Source: Camelus ferus
Taxonomy: Eukaryota
Length of the DNA stretch: 64,000 bases
NCBI RefSeq assembly: GCF_009834535.1
Contig: NC_045697.1
Span: 50,098,001-50,162,000 of the forward strand
Direction of reading: 5' to 3'
The translations under genes were made by a program, and so were the position numbers. Of this stretch, positions 1 through 11,768 are shown piece after piece. The notes beneath the pieces were generated by a model that searched no databases, was not told the DNA's origin, and was given only the letters and a program-made list of their open reading frames with translations. The stretch's first letter is position 1; the number at the start of each line of letters is the position of its first letter.

Positions 1-539
1 AAAAATACTCCTTGAGTTCTCTCCCTAACCCTCTTCTGGCTGTTGAGTTCCTCACGTATGAAACAGGTATAGAACTCAAGGGGAAAGCAAATCAATTTGG
101 ACGTCTGTGCTGAATTACATTATAGTTTTGAAATCTGTAAGAGCACAGAGCAGCTGAAATATTTGTCTCCTAAAAGAGTCAAGGTAAGTTTCATTAGAGG
201 TGGATTAGATTTAGCTGATCCAGAGAAACCAGTTGAATACCTGTTAGCCTGAGAAAGAATTACTCACTAGAGACATCTCCTCTATTTCTTTCTGGTTCTA
301 TTTGCATAACCAAAACAAAGGTTATAATAGCTAATAGTGATTATATTCCTATTATGGTCCAAATCCTGTTAAATTTATTTTCTCCAACAAAGCATGTTGT
401 TTAGACAGCATTATTTTGCCAGCCTTGATCAGGAATAGGCCAGGGTCAGTGACTGGATAAGAAGATTTGTTGCTCTAATTACTACTTTCTGACAAGATGA
501 TTATTTTCTATCAAATTAAAAGTGGACTGTTTGGTTTTT

Positions 540-635
540 ATTATTTCCATTTTATAGATGAGGAAACTAAAGCTTGGAAAGGTTAAACAACTCTCCCCCA
601 AATCACACATCTAATGAGTGACAGAGCCCAGAAAT
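540..635 (-). mobile_element. MIR SINE core fragment
   Basis: ccattttatagatgaggaaactaa...ggttaa...ccc...atcacac is the reverse complement of the MIR core. Confidence 0.65.
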
Positions 636-694
636 TTCCTAATTCCTACTCTCCCCTTCAGCAGTGCTGCTTCCTAAAGCTGCTTTTATCTTAC

Positions 695-830
695 CAGAAT
701 CTCACTTAGTATTTGTAAAAAGAAAATGATAATAGCCCTCTTACCAGATTATTCTTTGGAATAAAGAGGTAATAATTTTAAATGGGCCCAGCACATAGTA
801 GGCACTCAATAAATATTATTAATAGATAAC
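695..830 (+). mobile_element. MIR/L2-tail fragment
   Basis: tgtaaaa...gataatag...cccagcacatagtaggcactcaataaatattatt (MIR/L2 3' end). Confidence 0.55.
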
Positions 831-939
831 ATTGGAAGAGTTTACCTTTTTAAAGTGCTTAGAACTGTGCCTGGCACATATTAAACTTTATAGAAAGGTG
901 AGCTATTAATCAAACTTTGAAGGGCAAAAGAGGAATATA

Positions 940-1394
940 CTAGAAGTCTTTGTCAGAACAATAAGATAAGAAAAGGAATAAACAGCATCAGAATCAGAAA
1001 GGAAGAAGTAAAATTATCTTAATTTGCAGATGACATGATTTTATATATAGAAAGTCCTAAAGATTCCTCCAAAAATCTGTTAGATATAATCAACTAATTT
1101 GGTAGTTGCAGGATACAAAATTAATTTACAAAAAGTTAGCAACATTTCTATACACTAACAACGAATTACCTGAAAAAGAAATGAAACAATCCATTTACAA
1201 TAGTATCATAGACTCTAAAATACTTAGTTATAAATTTAACCAAGGAGGTGAAAGAGCTCTAAACTAAAAACCATAAGATTCTGATGAAAGAACTTGAGGA
1301 AGACTTAAGTAAATGGAATGATATCCCATGTTCATGGATTGGAATGATTTATATTATTAAAATGCCCATACTACACAAAGCCATCTATAGATTT
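940..1394 (+). mobile_element. LINE-1 ORF2 (reverse transcriptase) fragment, degenerate
   Basis: ggaagaagtaaaattatct...tttgcagatgacatgatt (EEVKLS..FADDMI), gttgcaggatacaaaattaat (VAGYKIN), atcccatgttcatggattgga (IPCSWIG); stops and frameshifts; ends abruptly at 1394. Confidence 0.92.
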
Positions 1395-2257
1395 GTCAGA
1401 CCTGCATTCAGAGGTAGACAATCAGCAGGTTAGACACCCAAGACACGAAGTACATAAGCATTACTTTTGTCTGACTGCTGCCAGCTTTCACTGGGTCATC
1501 TGAGTCTGAATTTTCTGCTCTTCCAGGAAAAACTCCTGTTTCTTATACATACTCTCATTATCATCACTATTCATGCTACTCTATCTGTAACTGGCAAAAT
1601 TCACCAAGGATGACTTGGGCCTTCAATAACCACTGTTAGGAATATTTGACATGAACAAAATTGTTCATTTAAGAGGCACCTTGGAAAACAGTAAGATTTT
1701 GCAGGCCCAATGGGCAGTATTTTTAATTTTTATACAGAGTCTTCAAACTCAAATTCTTTTTAAAAAATGAAGTCTTTTAAAAAATAAATTGTCTCCAGGT
1801 TAATCATGAACTTATAACCCTAAAATCTACCAATTAGAGCACTGAATCCTCTGAAGACTCAGTTTACATTCCTCTCACATGTTCAGTTACAGGTCACAAA
1901 GGCTGTCATCTCCAAAATCCTTGCTGAAGACTCATTCATCCTCCACATGCTTTGTTCCCATGGTGAGCATTATTCTTTGCCCTGAACATACACTTTATAG
2001 TAAAAAACATATTCTGATGTTGTAGACAAAAATGCTTCAGTGATGGAGAACAACATTGTCAATCAAAACATGTTGAAAAGAAAAAGGTAAGTTACAGAGA
2101 TTCATAATTAGCAAAATAAATTACATTTCTACCATAAATAGTACTTGTTTGATGTTGAATATTTCTTGAATAAATTCCAAACACTATTATCACAAACAGT
2201 AATTGAGACTGTGACCTATGAGTTCTGACAGTATGTTTACATTTAATTATGGTTCTA

Positions 2258-2337
2258 TTTGATTTTTATTGTAAAAACGCAACTTGAGATCTCTCTTCTA
2301 AACAAATTCTTAAGTGTGCAATATAGTATTGTTAAGC
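2258..2337 (-). mobile_element. Short L1 3'-end fragment inside the ERV
   Basis: acttgagatctctcttctaaacaaattcttaagtgtgcaatatagtattgttaa resembles antisense L1MA/MB 3'UTR. Confidence 0.45.
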
Positions 2338-2559
2338 ATTTCAAATGAAATTTGAATTCAAAAATTGCTTCACTGAAAGATTCTTTTGTCAAAGCTGATG
2401 AGCAATTTGACAGACTTAAGCAATAACAAATGAAACTCATTTTCCTAATAAATCCTCCCCCTGTTCCTCCATTTGCATCCCTATATAGGACATGATGTAT
2501 CTAAAGAGAGAAAACCACTGTCTCCTGATAAAGACTGTGCAAACTTGTCCTAGATCCCT

Positions 2560-5130
2560 TACAAAGTGACAATTAAGAGGATTTCTAGGTTTAATTGGAT
2601 GTTACAGTCAATGGTCATCATTTTCTGAATTGACAAGTCCTCAGTAAGAGACTCTTCTGGGAGTCCAAACATGAGCAGGTCTTCTGGAAACTGAAGAAGA
2701 CTCTTCTTCTTTCCCTAGGGGGTCTCTATTAGTTTCCTATGGCTATCATAGCAAAAGACTGGAAGCTGAATGACTTAAAACAATAGTCTCACAGTTAGAA
2801 GGTTAGAAGTCTGAAATCAAAGTGTTGGCAGTGTCATGCTCCTTCTGAAACCTGTAAAGGAGAATCCTTCCTTGCTTCTTCTAGCTCTCAGTGTTTGCAG
2901 CTATTTTGGCATTCCTTGGCTCATCAATGTATCACTCAGTTCTCTGCTTCTGTTGTCATGTGGCAGTCTTCTCATCAGCCATATTGGATTAACCCAGTCT
3001 ACACCAGCATGATCTCTTTTAACTAATTACATCTGCAATTACCCTATTTCCCAATAGGGACACACTCTGAGGTACAGGGATTAGGACTTCAACATTTCTT
3101 TTGGGGGTGGAGGACAAAATTTAACCCCTAACAGCATTCCTAAATACAAACAGACTTTGTGTTTATTTGTAAATGAACAATACAGACAAGCCCTTGTGAT
3201 TTTAACTCAACTTCTTAGGAACCATCAAAATCATTACTTATTATAGCCTCAACCTTGACCTGGTTGCAAAGACCCTCTTAGGGAAACAGTTGCTACTGCA
3301 AAGTTTGTTGATGCTTCTCCTGAAGTAGTCCTAGGTTCCCTGCTTGGTTCCTCATACAGGGTAAACATTACTACTGACTGAGAACAAATAGTAATTTTCA
3401 GCCAGCCAGTTAACCTCTCACGAGATTTACTTTCACACTCTCACATTACTATTCATTGTTGCAGCTTCCTGAGTATCACTACTTCCATGCTCTACTAGAA
3501 GAAGGGGAATCTCACAGTTGTTTCACCTCAGGGAATTTTCTGTACCAAGTTCAGATTTATTAGAGACCTACTGAAAACCTGACTTAATATTTGTTGACGG
3601 ATCCTACCGCAAAACTGGAGATGGAGATTATCAAGCAAGATACACTGTTATTGGTTTAAGCTCTTCTTTAGATTATGGTCCTCCATCTGAGTTAAAGTTA
3701 GTTCAGATGGCAGAACTTACTGCACTTTCTGGAGCTTGTTGACTATCCAAAGACTAGAGAGTAAAATTACATGCAAATAGCGGGCATGCTTTTGGAATAG
3801 TACGTGATTTTGGGATGCTCTGGAAACAAAGAGGATTTTCTACTTCTTCTGGAACCCTAATAAAAAATGAATAACAATTAAGGAAATTTAAATGCACTTT
3901 TACTTCCCAGAGAGGTGACTATTATAAAGGTTGTGGCTCATCTCATAAGAGATAATAGAGAAGCTGGAGGAAATGGCAGATTATTATATCAAACAGTCTT
4001 AACAAACCTCCCAAAGGATAAATCTAGGGAGACATTCAAAGAGACCATTATAAAATACCAACATTTAGCTCCTAATTTGGAAAAGGAAGAATAGAAAGTA
4101 AATGGTTTTACCTTTCACTCAGAACATCTCTGGCATTCTCAAGTTAGTAACTTGGTGACATCAGATGATTTCAAATGAATATTAAATTTGTCCATGAAAC
4201 TGCTTAATATGATCTAGACAAATTGGTTACTATTCTCTCAAGTCAACATTGATGGTGAAACTTAAAAAAGATAGCTGAAGATCATTTGTGAGCTACAATA
4301 ACATAATCATGGGAAGATACAGTCCAGGGCCAAGAGTTGAGCCTTAAGAGTGCTTTGAATACCTTCAGATGAATTTTACCCAGCTTCTATCTTTCTCAGG
4401 ATCTGAAGATGTTATAGTTCTTCTATGTCTATTTCCAGGATATGTTGAAATATTTTCTTGCCAAAAAATTACAGCCCTTAACAGCTGCTAAAAAGCTGTG
4501 AGATTTGGGGTTTTCAACCTAGGGTATATCAACTTTTATATCAAGTGACCAATATACATGCTTCATGGCAACTATTGTAAAATGTACTCAGTAAGGTGTT
4601 ACCTCTTATGCAGAAACTACACTGCCTTTACCATCCACAATCTTCTGGGAAGGTTGAAAGAACAAAAGCCACTTGCAAACTGAGACAAATAAAGCTTTCA
4701 GAAATCCTTGAGCTCCCCTAGCCAAAAGTACTCCCAAAAGCCCTTATGGCCATATGGTCCACTTCCCTGGGGACACACCGGTGATCCCTTTGTGAACTGG
4801 TAAGTGAAAAGCCCATATATTTAGGAATTTCACCTCTGATACTAGACTCCATCCTGCTATAAACAGACATGGTAATTTACTGTAAGGGATTCATATACTA
4901 TAATCAGTCCAATCACCAACAGGTTAAGGCCTTATTCCCACAACTTCTTCCCAGAAAGCCTCTTCATGGTCTTCAGCCAGGAGATGTTGTCTGTTGGAAA
5001 AGACATTAGTGAAAAAAAAAATGCTTTTGAATCTCATTGGACAAAACCTCATCAGGTATTGTTAACAACAAATGTAGGACTACAGTGAGTCAATTTTTGG
5101 GTTTACATTTCACAACTAAAGAAGCAAACA
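2560..5130 (+). pseudogene. pol: ERV pol remnant (RT thumb/connection, RNase H, integrase)
   Basis: Manual translation: QLRGFLGLIG (~2571), TYYSLNLDLVAK (~3235), FVDGSY (~3590), AELTALSGAC...AFGIVRDFGMLWKQRGFSTSSG (3710-3853), EYLQMNFTQL (~4356), HCLYHPQSSGKVERT (~4620), LQPGDVVCWKRH (~4971), WVYISQLKK (~5098); many stops and frameshifts. Confidence 0.92.
2725..3133 (-). mobile_element. MaLR solo LTR (MLT1C/D-like) nested in ERV pol
   Basis: tattagtttcctatggct...gacttaaaacaa...agtctgaaatcaaagtgttggca...taattacatctgcaa...ctgaggtac.ggattaggacttcaaca...cccctaaca. Confidence 0.88.
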
Positions 5131-5299
5131 GAATTCCACACAATTAATAGGCTACTCCAACAAGAAACCTTAAACTGAGGATTCCGAGGTCCTCTAGAAG
5201 CAGCTGATCTTTAGAAGTAGACCACTGACCCAAGACCTTCAGAATGAGCCAATATTCTCAGAGAGTGGACAGAGCTACCTAACACACTGGAGCAGAACC

Positions 5300-6600
5300 C
5301 TGAATAATTCCTTTTTTTTCTTTCTACTGCTTCCTTATAATAATTCTCATTTTCTATAGATCACTGGTTATCATTCACCCATTTCTTGCCCTTTTTTTCT
5401 TTCCTTTTTATGATAATTTTTTGATCAAACAGACTCATTCTAATGCCATTATTAGATTATCCCCAAAAGTAGTCACTGCCCTCAATCTGATTGACTGATA
5501 GCATTCCATCTATCACTGAATCTTCACGATAAAATCTCTAGTAAAGGTTTCATCAATGAGATCCTAGGGAATTATAAATAAAGGCATATTCACTTGCACA
5601 TTAAACATGGACAAATGACTAAACAAACCAACCTGTAATAATAGCATTTTTTTTCTAGAAGTGAGGGACTCAGCAAAGTCACAATCTACTGATAATAACC
5701 AAGTTTATTCTAAATTTGAACTCCATAACCTTCATAGTGGGGGTGGACTAAATACTTGCCACCTGTAAGAGACTAAGAGAGATCCAAACACGTAACACAA
5801 CTCATACGAGGCCTTGGTTCTGACCTTCTGCCACGAACCGCTCCTTTTTTTCCTGACTCTCCCTATACTCCTATCAGGTATACCACTTCCTTTGTGTACA
5901 GAATGCCTGGTCCTGTTTGCCTCAGACTAACACCTCGTAAACTTTAGGAGTAGTACTCTGAGACTTGTCTGTACACAGAGACCCTAATTCTATAAATCAC
6001 CAAGCCTGGAAATTCTGATTCAGACACAAGCTCCAAAACAATGCCACCCTTGATTATTTAGGTATTCTACCTGAGGGAATTACTGACTCATTGTGTATGC
6101 AAACAATCAGAGCAGTGTTCCCACCCAGCAGAATCTCACAGATGGAAAAGACTGTAAGAAACTTACAACTAGCTTCAGCAGAAGGTATTAACGATACCAC
6201 CTCTGCTTTAGATGGAATACAGATTAGTCTCGACACATTCACATAAGGGGTGATAGACAACCGCGTTGCTCTATATTTCTCGTTGGCTAGTCATGGTGGC
6301 GTCTTTGCCATTGCCAATTCTTGCTCTACTTGTATCAGTGACAGAATGAGGTTGAAAGGTTATACATCACCATAGTGAAAAAGATAATCACCTCTCTAAG
6401 GTTCATTCTCATGGTCTGTGAAATTTGTTCTTGGCCTGGGTTGAGTGATTGGAATTCCCAGTTCAAGCATTTTATAGGAATTATTACTTGTTCTCGTTTT
6501 TGTCACAGTGGTCATTATATTGGTCCATTGTGTTCTGCCTACAACAGCCAATTTCTCAACATATGATCACCATGATTATATAATAAAAAGGTCAAGGCAG
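5300..6600 (+). pseudogene. env: ERV env remnant (gamma-type SU/TM)
   Basis: SU: AIIRLS..ALNLID** (decayed NLTDCW, 5484-5501). TM frame from ~6067: IRAVFPPSRISQMEKTVRNL...DTTSALDGIQISLDTFT*GVIDNRVALYFSLASHGGVFAIANSCSTCIS, a decayed ISD plus CX6CC; hydrophobic TM-anchor-like stretch ~6470-6535. Confidence 0.88.
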
Positions 6601-6726
6601 TCTTGTTATGCAGTTGATTATGAAGGTGGCTAAACAAACTCTGAGAAATGGATATTGAATCTTTAGCCTTCTGTGAATTGGTTAACCTCTCACAAGTAAG
6701 ATCTCACAAGTAAGTAAAAAGGTAGA

Positions 6727-7239
6727 TGAGAGACTGAACATACAACAGATAGTGTGGCTAGACCATATCATGTATGAGGATAGAACTCTGATCAACAATC
6801 TCTGCAGCAAACAGCCTGGGAAGCCAAAACACAGCTTCTGCAGCCACCTTTGCAGGGAGCTAAACTACAACCTTGCCATCAATTGTCTCACAGTGGGCAA
6901 AGCTTGGCCAATTACTGTTAGCTTTCATATTTTTGCCTCTGCTTCTAACACAGTATCAACCAGAAAAAGCCAAATATGCTCCCCAAACCAATTACATTTG
7001 ATGCCCTGTTTTTAGTTTTCCCTTCTCCAGCTTCCCAATGCCAACAACCTCTAATCAGCTTACATGTGAAGCTTTTCTTTTTTTTTTTTTTTTCCCTATT
7101 ATCAAACTTTCTTACTTCCCTGTCCATCTTTGAGTCTCTGCTAAATGCAGGCGATGATGGCTGGCTTCCTTGCTATTGTTAACTGTGAATAAATAGTCGT
7201 ATTTGTCCTGATTTCAGCACTCTTTGTTTATTTCTACCA
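6727..7239 (+). mobile_element. ERV1 LTR (3' LTR of the provirus), MER89/MER87-like
   Basis: Starts tgagagactgaa after a purine-rich tract; tagaactctga..caatctctgcagcaa..gcctgggaagccaaa; AATAAA 7188-7193; ends tttatttctacca. Confidence 0.8.
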
Positions 7240-10019
7240 TTTCCAATCAAAGGCTTAGCATTGTTTTAGGATATTTATAACAATGGGCATAAGGATAATA
7301 AAATTATAAATAGAGTCAGTCTCAAACATGAGGTAACCATGAGGGATAGCGAGGGAAGTTTCTTTTCTTAAAATGAAGGGAAAGTGGTTTCTGAAAAATT
7401 GCCTAGAAATCTTCCAGAAAATATGAAGGAGAAGGAAATGAGTGATTTGATTGGCTTTGTAAAATGACTTGATGGGCTGAATAGAGTCCTTATTTTTATA
7501 TAATAAGAAAAGAAAGAAAAAAATGTTCAGTGCTCTATATCTCAGAACAATCTTAGACCCAGATTCTAAAAGCTCTTTGCAAAAATCATGTGGTGTCGAG
7601 TATTACAAATGCTTTTTCAAAAATGAGAAGGGAAAGTACTGTTGACTTTTCCAGGAAAGGAGGGAAAAAGATTTTGTACTTTCCCGTTAAATAGCCTAAT
7701 ATTTTTTTCAGTACTATTTTATTTCATAAACTAGTTTGTACTGCAACTTTTATATATTATGTACACTAGGTCAACTCCTAACAATACAAAAAAATAATCA
7801 CCAGCTTTGACTTCTAAATTTAGCCTGATTCTACCTACCATGTAAAGAAACCTGGCATTAGAGTTACATTATTTTTATGGAGTTATTTTATGGCTTGACT
7901 TAATCTTCATACCTCAACTCTACTCTGTCCACAACTCTTTCTGTCATCTTGAATTTACTCTCCTTGCCTTGATTCTATAAATAAAGATAAAACCCCTTGC
8001 CTTAATCTTCATTTTTCTGCTTTGGTCTGAAAAGTGCTTTAACATTATAAATTTGGCTGTCAATCTAATTCTTTGAAGCAAGGTTTATTGCTTTGGACTC
8101 CATCAGGATGGTATGGAAAAAATGATTTAGGTGTGTGAAATGCAACTTGCTATACATTATTTTTAAATCACAATCTACTACTATTATAGTGATTCTCAAT
8201 TTTCTAGAGTGCCGCCACTGTTATCTGAAAATTTCCAAAAGGTTAATGTTAAAAATAACAGCAGGTGGATGCCAGGTGTGGTTCTTTTCACAGAGAGATG
8301 GGTAGTGAAATAAAATACCAACAGGGCTTTACACTTCCAGGAAGGTTGACAGCGAATCTCTTGATTTTCAAATGTGATCCTTCCTTTGTAGTCTTGGTTT
8401 TCTCGCTGTCAGGATTAGAGTAGGAAAGTGGGCTTGGATAATACCACTGACTTGCAGAAACTTACAGACTAGCACAATTTTTTTTTGGTGTGTGTGCCTC
8501 TGGTTTGCTGTTGTATAGGTGTTGCTGCTGTCTGCCTTACTAAGATGATATAAAAATTAAACACTGTACTATCGAGGCTGAGCTTGTCAACCTGGTCATG
8601 ATTTCTTTCTTAGAATCTCACTCCTATATTCTTTCATAAGGATTTCGTTTCCCCTTATGCTTTACTTTCTCTCAATAACTGCATGCTACTATCCAGCTTT
8701 GTTATTCATACTTTTCAGAAGTGGTACATGATATGTAAATATATGAGTCACTGTCCTGTTATAGGACTTTGAACATGTAATTTAGGATTTGCCCACCTGC
8801 TTTTTGATGCCTTCTCACTACCTGCAAGAAACTATTGGATCTTCTTGCCCTAATAAAATAGAGTTGGTTTTATATCCATGTATTTTTACGCATGTATGTA
8901 ACAAATACTTATTGGCCACTTAACTATGTCATACACTGACATAGAGTAAATAGGATGTGTATACAAACATACATGCATCCCAGATGCCAGCTGGGATCCC
9001 TTTTCCTTGGATATTTAGAAAGAAATTTTCAAAAATTTATTGCACAACCCAGAGGAAGCCCATCACCCCAGGCAAAGTTTTGTTGTTGTTATTGTTGTTT
9101 TAGTTTCCACTGGCTTACATTCTCATGGACACCTCACTCCCTCACTCTAATTTGTTGATGATTCCAATGACTTGATTTTCCTTGAGTTCTGCCTTCCATG
9201 GCTATTCTATTTTCTTTGCCATGAAGACTCAGCTGTGGAGTTTAGCCTTTTTTCCTTAATTTCCTGCATAAACAGAAGGCATTCTTGCACATAGAGCATG
9301 TTATTCAAGGTGTGGGGTGATGTTGTGACAAAGGACCAAGTAGAGAATAACTGAGTGTGAAATCCACCCTACTCTCTTTTAGAGTCTCATAGGCCACCTT
9401 CACTAGTGGGAACTGGACAATTTCACTCCACCAGGTGACTATTTATGGAGGTTTCTTGATCCTTTGCTCTCTCAATAATTTCCTTACATTTCTCCCTTGT
9501 TTGCCTCCAATCTCCTCAGATTCCAACCCATTTTATATGAAGGCAGTTTTATTCTGTTTTCGTTTCACTGGACCATTCCAAATCATACTGTGGAGTTCAC
9601 AACCACAATGTATTTTAAACCTATTTTGTTAAACAGAAGATTCTCTGCTCTAGAGAGAAAATCTGCCACTCCCTTAGGGGCAGAAGTAGCTGCAGTCAGT
9701 TTTGGTTTAAAAAAGAAACAATAATGTAGTTTTCCTTTCTCTGACTTGTATAAACAACAACACACTGTGATAGAAATCACTGTGGAGATCGAGGCAGAAT
9801 GTGGTGTGATTGTCCCAAGGAGACACCTGGGGGAGACAGGAAATCTTCACAGAGATTTGAACTGGTTTTAAAGAATGAGAATGAATTTACCAGGCAGAAA
9901 ATTAGGGAAATGGATAAGAAAACCATTTATTCTAGGTTACTCTATAAATCTTGGTATAATTAGAGGAACCTATTACTTCTAATCAGTAAAAGTGTGATTT
10001 TTTTCACCCCTTGTATTTA

Positions 10020-11345
10020 AAATATGTTGTTATCCTTTCTCACTCTCTTACCATTTAACCTTTTCAAATCCTCACTTTCATTGAATCTGCTATTTACTTC
10101 AATCTCTGTTCCTTTCCTTCTTCTAGTCTTTGGAGCTTTTCTGTCTCAACCTGTCTTCTTATTCCACAGTCCACTATTTCAGCTATTTATTTGACAGCCT
10201 TGACTACGCCATCTCTGTCACCAGTATCTTACACAACTTGTCAATTCTTCAGCTCTGGATAATCCCCAATTTCCCTTTTCCTCCTGTTCCTATCTTGCTA
10301 TCTCCAGAGAAAATTATGAAATGAGACTGAAACCAAAACCACTTCCTGTCCCTATGCTAAGTAATAACAGTATACTTTCCTGTCTCTGTGTTAAATAATA
10401 CTGAGAACAAGCACAAACTAACTTAGCCTCTTGTTCCAGAAACTATTTGCTCCTGAGAAACAAGACCAGCAAGCTTGTCATCAAGATTCTCTTCAAGACT
10501 CTTTCCTCCCTGTGTATATCATTCAAAAGTTATGATGTCGTAACTCTGTATAATCCCAACCAGTTTTTTGCTTTGCAAGACCTGCCTAAAAATCATCCCG
10601 GCTGGTTCGAAATCCTACAAACATCCTCCTTCGATTTCCCTCTTCCAAGATACTAGTAAGGCTCTGTCAAAGTGTTCTTCTCTCTTACTGAGTCTAATAA
10701 ACCTAGTTTTGCTTGATAAGACTTTTTCTGGTGGCCTTTAGGGGAGTCAATAAGAATCATTCTCATTTGATGTCCTGTAGCTTCGTTTCTGCTCTGTCGT
10801 CTCCACTGTCCAGCATTCATCTGTTAGTCTTTTTTAAAACTTCCCCCCTCCCCAAGGTGTCCATAGCAATGTTATCTTTCAATTTTAGTAAATGACCTGA
10901 TTTCATCTTCTCTGTCCCTAAGGAAAGAGGAAATGGACCATAAGAACAGTTGCAAGGTGGTCTTCTCTGAACTATCTCCACTGGTTTTATAGCTTCTGTG
11001 CTCTTCACCTCACTGCTGCTCTTTATTCTCTTTCTAACTCATTTTTTGCCATTTACCCCTTAAATAAAAGTGTCCCACAAAGTTGTATTTTTATCTTCTC
11101 TTAGAAGCTCATCTCATTCTGTTTCATAGCATCAACAATGATCTTTATCTCAAATAGTTTTACTAATCTCCTTCCCTATCCTTAACGTCTACTTATACGA
11201 ACTTCAGGCATAAAACTGTGATAAAAATCAACCCCAGTTTCAACACCAGCTCACAATGTTTCCCTCTTGTCCCACATCTCTTTTCTTCCTGTATTTCTCA
11301 TCTCACTTAATGGCCATCTTAATGGTCATCCTGATGGCCATTCTC
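10020..11345 (+). mobile_element. LINE-2 fragments (interrupted by an LTR)
   Basis: Pyrimidine-rich L2-like ORF2 decay (gtcccacaaagttgtattttt...ctcatctcattct...tttcaacaccagctcacaatgttt...tcttcctgtatttctcatctca). Confidence 0.5.
10322..10752 (+). mobile_element. ERV1 solo LTR (MER90/MER110-like)
   Basis: Starts tgagactgaaacc; AATAAA in gtctaataaacctagttttgc; ends tctggtggcctttaggggagtcaata. Confidence 0.65.
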
Positions 11346-11768
11346 TGACAAGGAGAGAGTTGGGGCACTAGGTGGTCTGTGGAGTCAAATAGGAACATCT
11401 GTATATTTTAACTGGGGGAGCAGGAAGAGGCCGAGATTGTCAACTGGAAGCTTCCTTCAACCCAGCTACTCAGCTCTTCCTCCACCGGCCTCTTTCTCCT
11501 GGTTTTTAGAGAACTAACTGCACAGCCTTAGCCAATGGCTCCCCAGGTTCTCACAGATGCACAGTCTGGGAAGGAAGAGATGAAGCACTCAACTTGAGGG
11601 TGGGCACAGACCCAGGGCAAAAATACATAAAATGAGTTGCTTTGTGATCACTGTTGACCTTACCTGGAAAGAGTTTCTACAGGAGTCTAAATGGTGAAAT
11701 AAAATATAATCATTTGCTGCCCTCAACATCTAATGAAACTGATTTGTTCTGTTTGGGTAGCTGGCCAT

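Larger units (their letters stand above)
1395..7239 (+). mobile_element. Decayed class I (ERV1) endogenous retrovirus, 5'-truncated (pro-pol-env-3'LTR), MER89/MER4-group-like
   Basis: Colinear retroviral motifs: protease remnant (~1547-1590), RT thumb, connection, RNase H, integrase, env SU/TM, purine-rich tract, then a TG...CA LTR with AATAAA. Confidence 0.88.

Noticed and set aside
5300..6600. Functional syncytin-like captured env
   Set aside because: Multiple stops and frameshifts, CxxC and CX6CC destroyed, no clear furin site
11303..11341. 3 x 12-bp tandem (cttaatggccat-like); similar short duplications at 6688-6714 and 62786-62806
   Set aside because: Ordinary slippage duplications within old repeats
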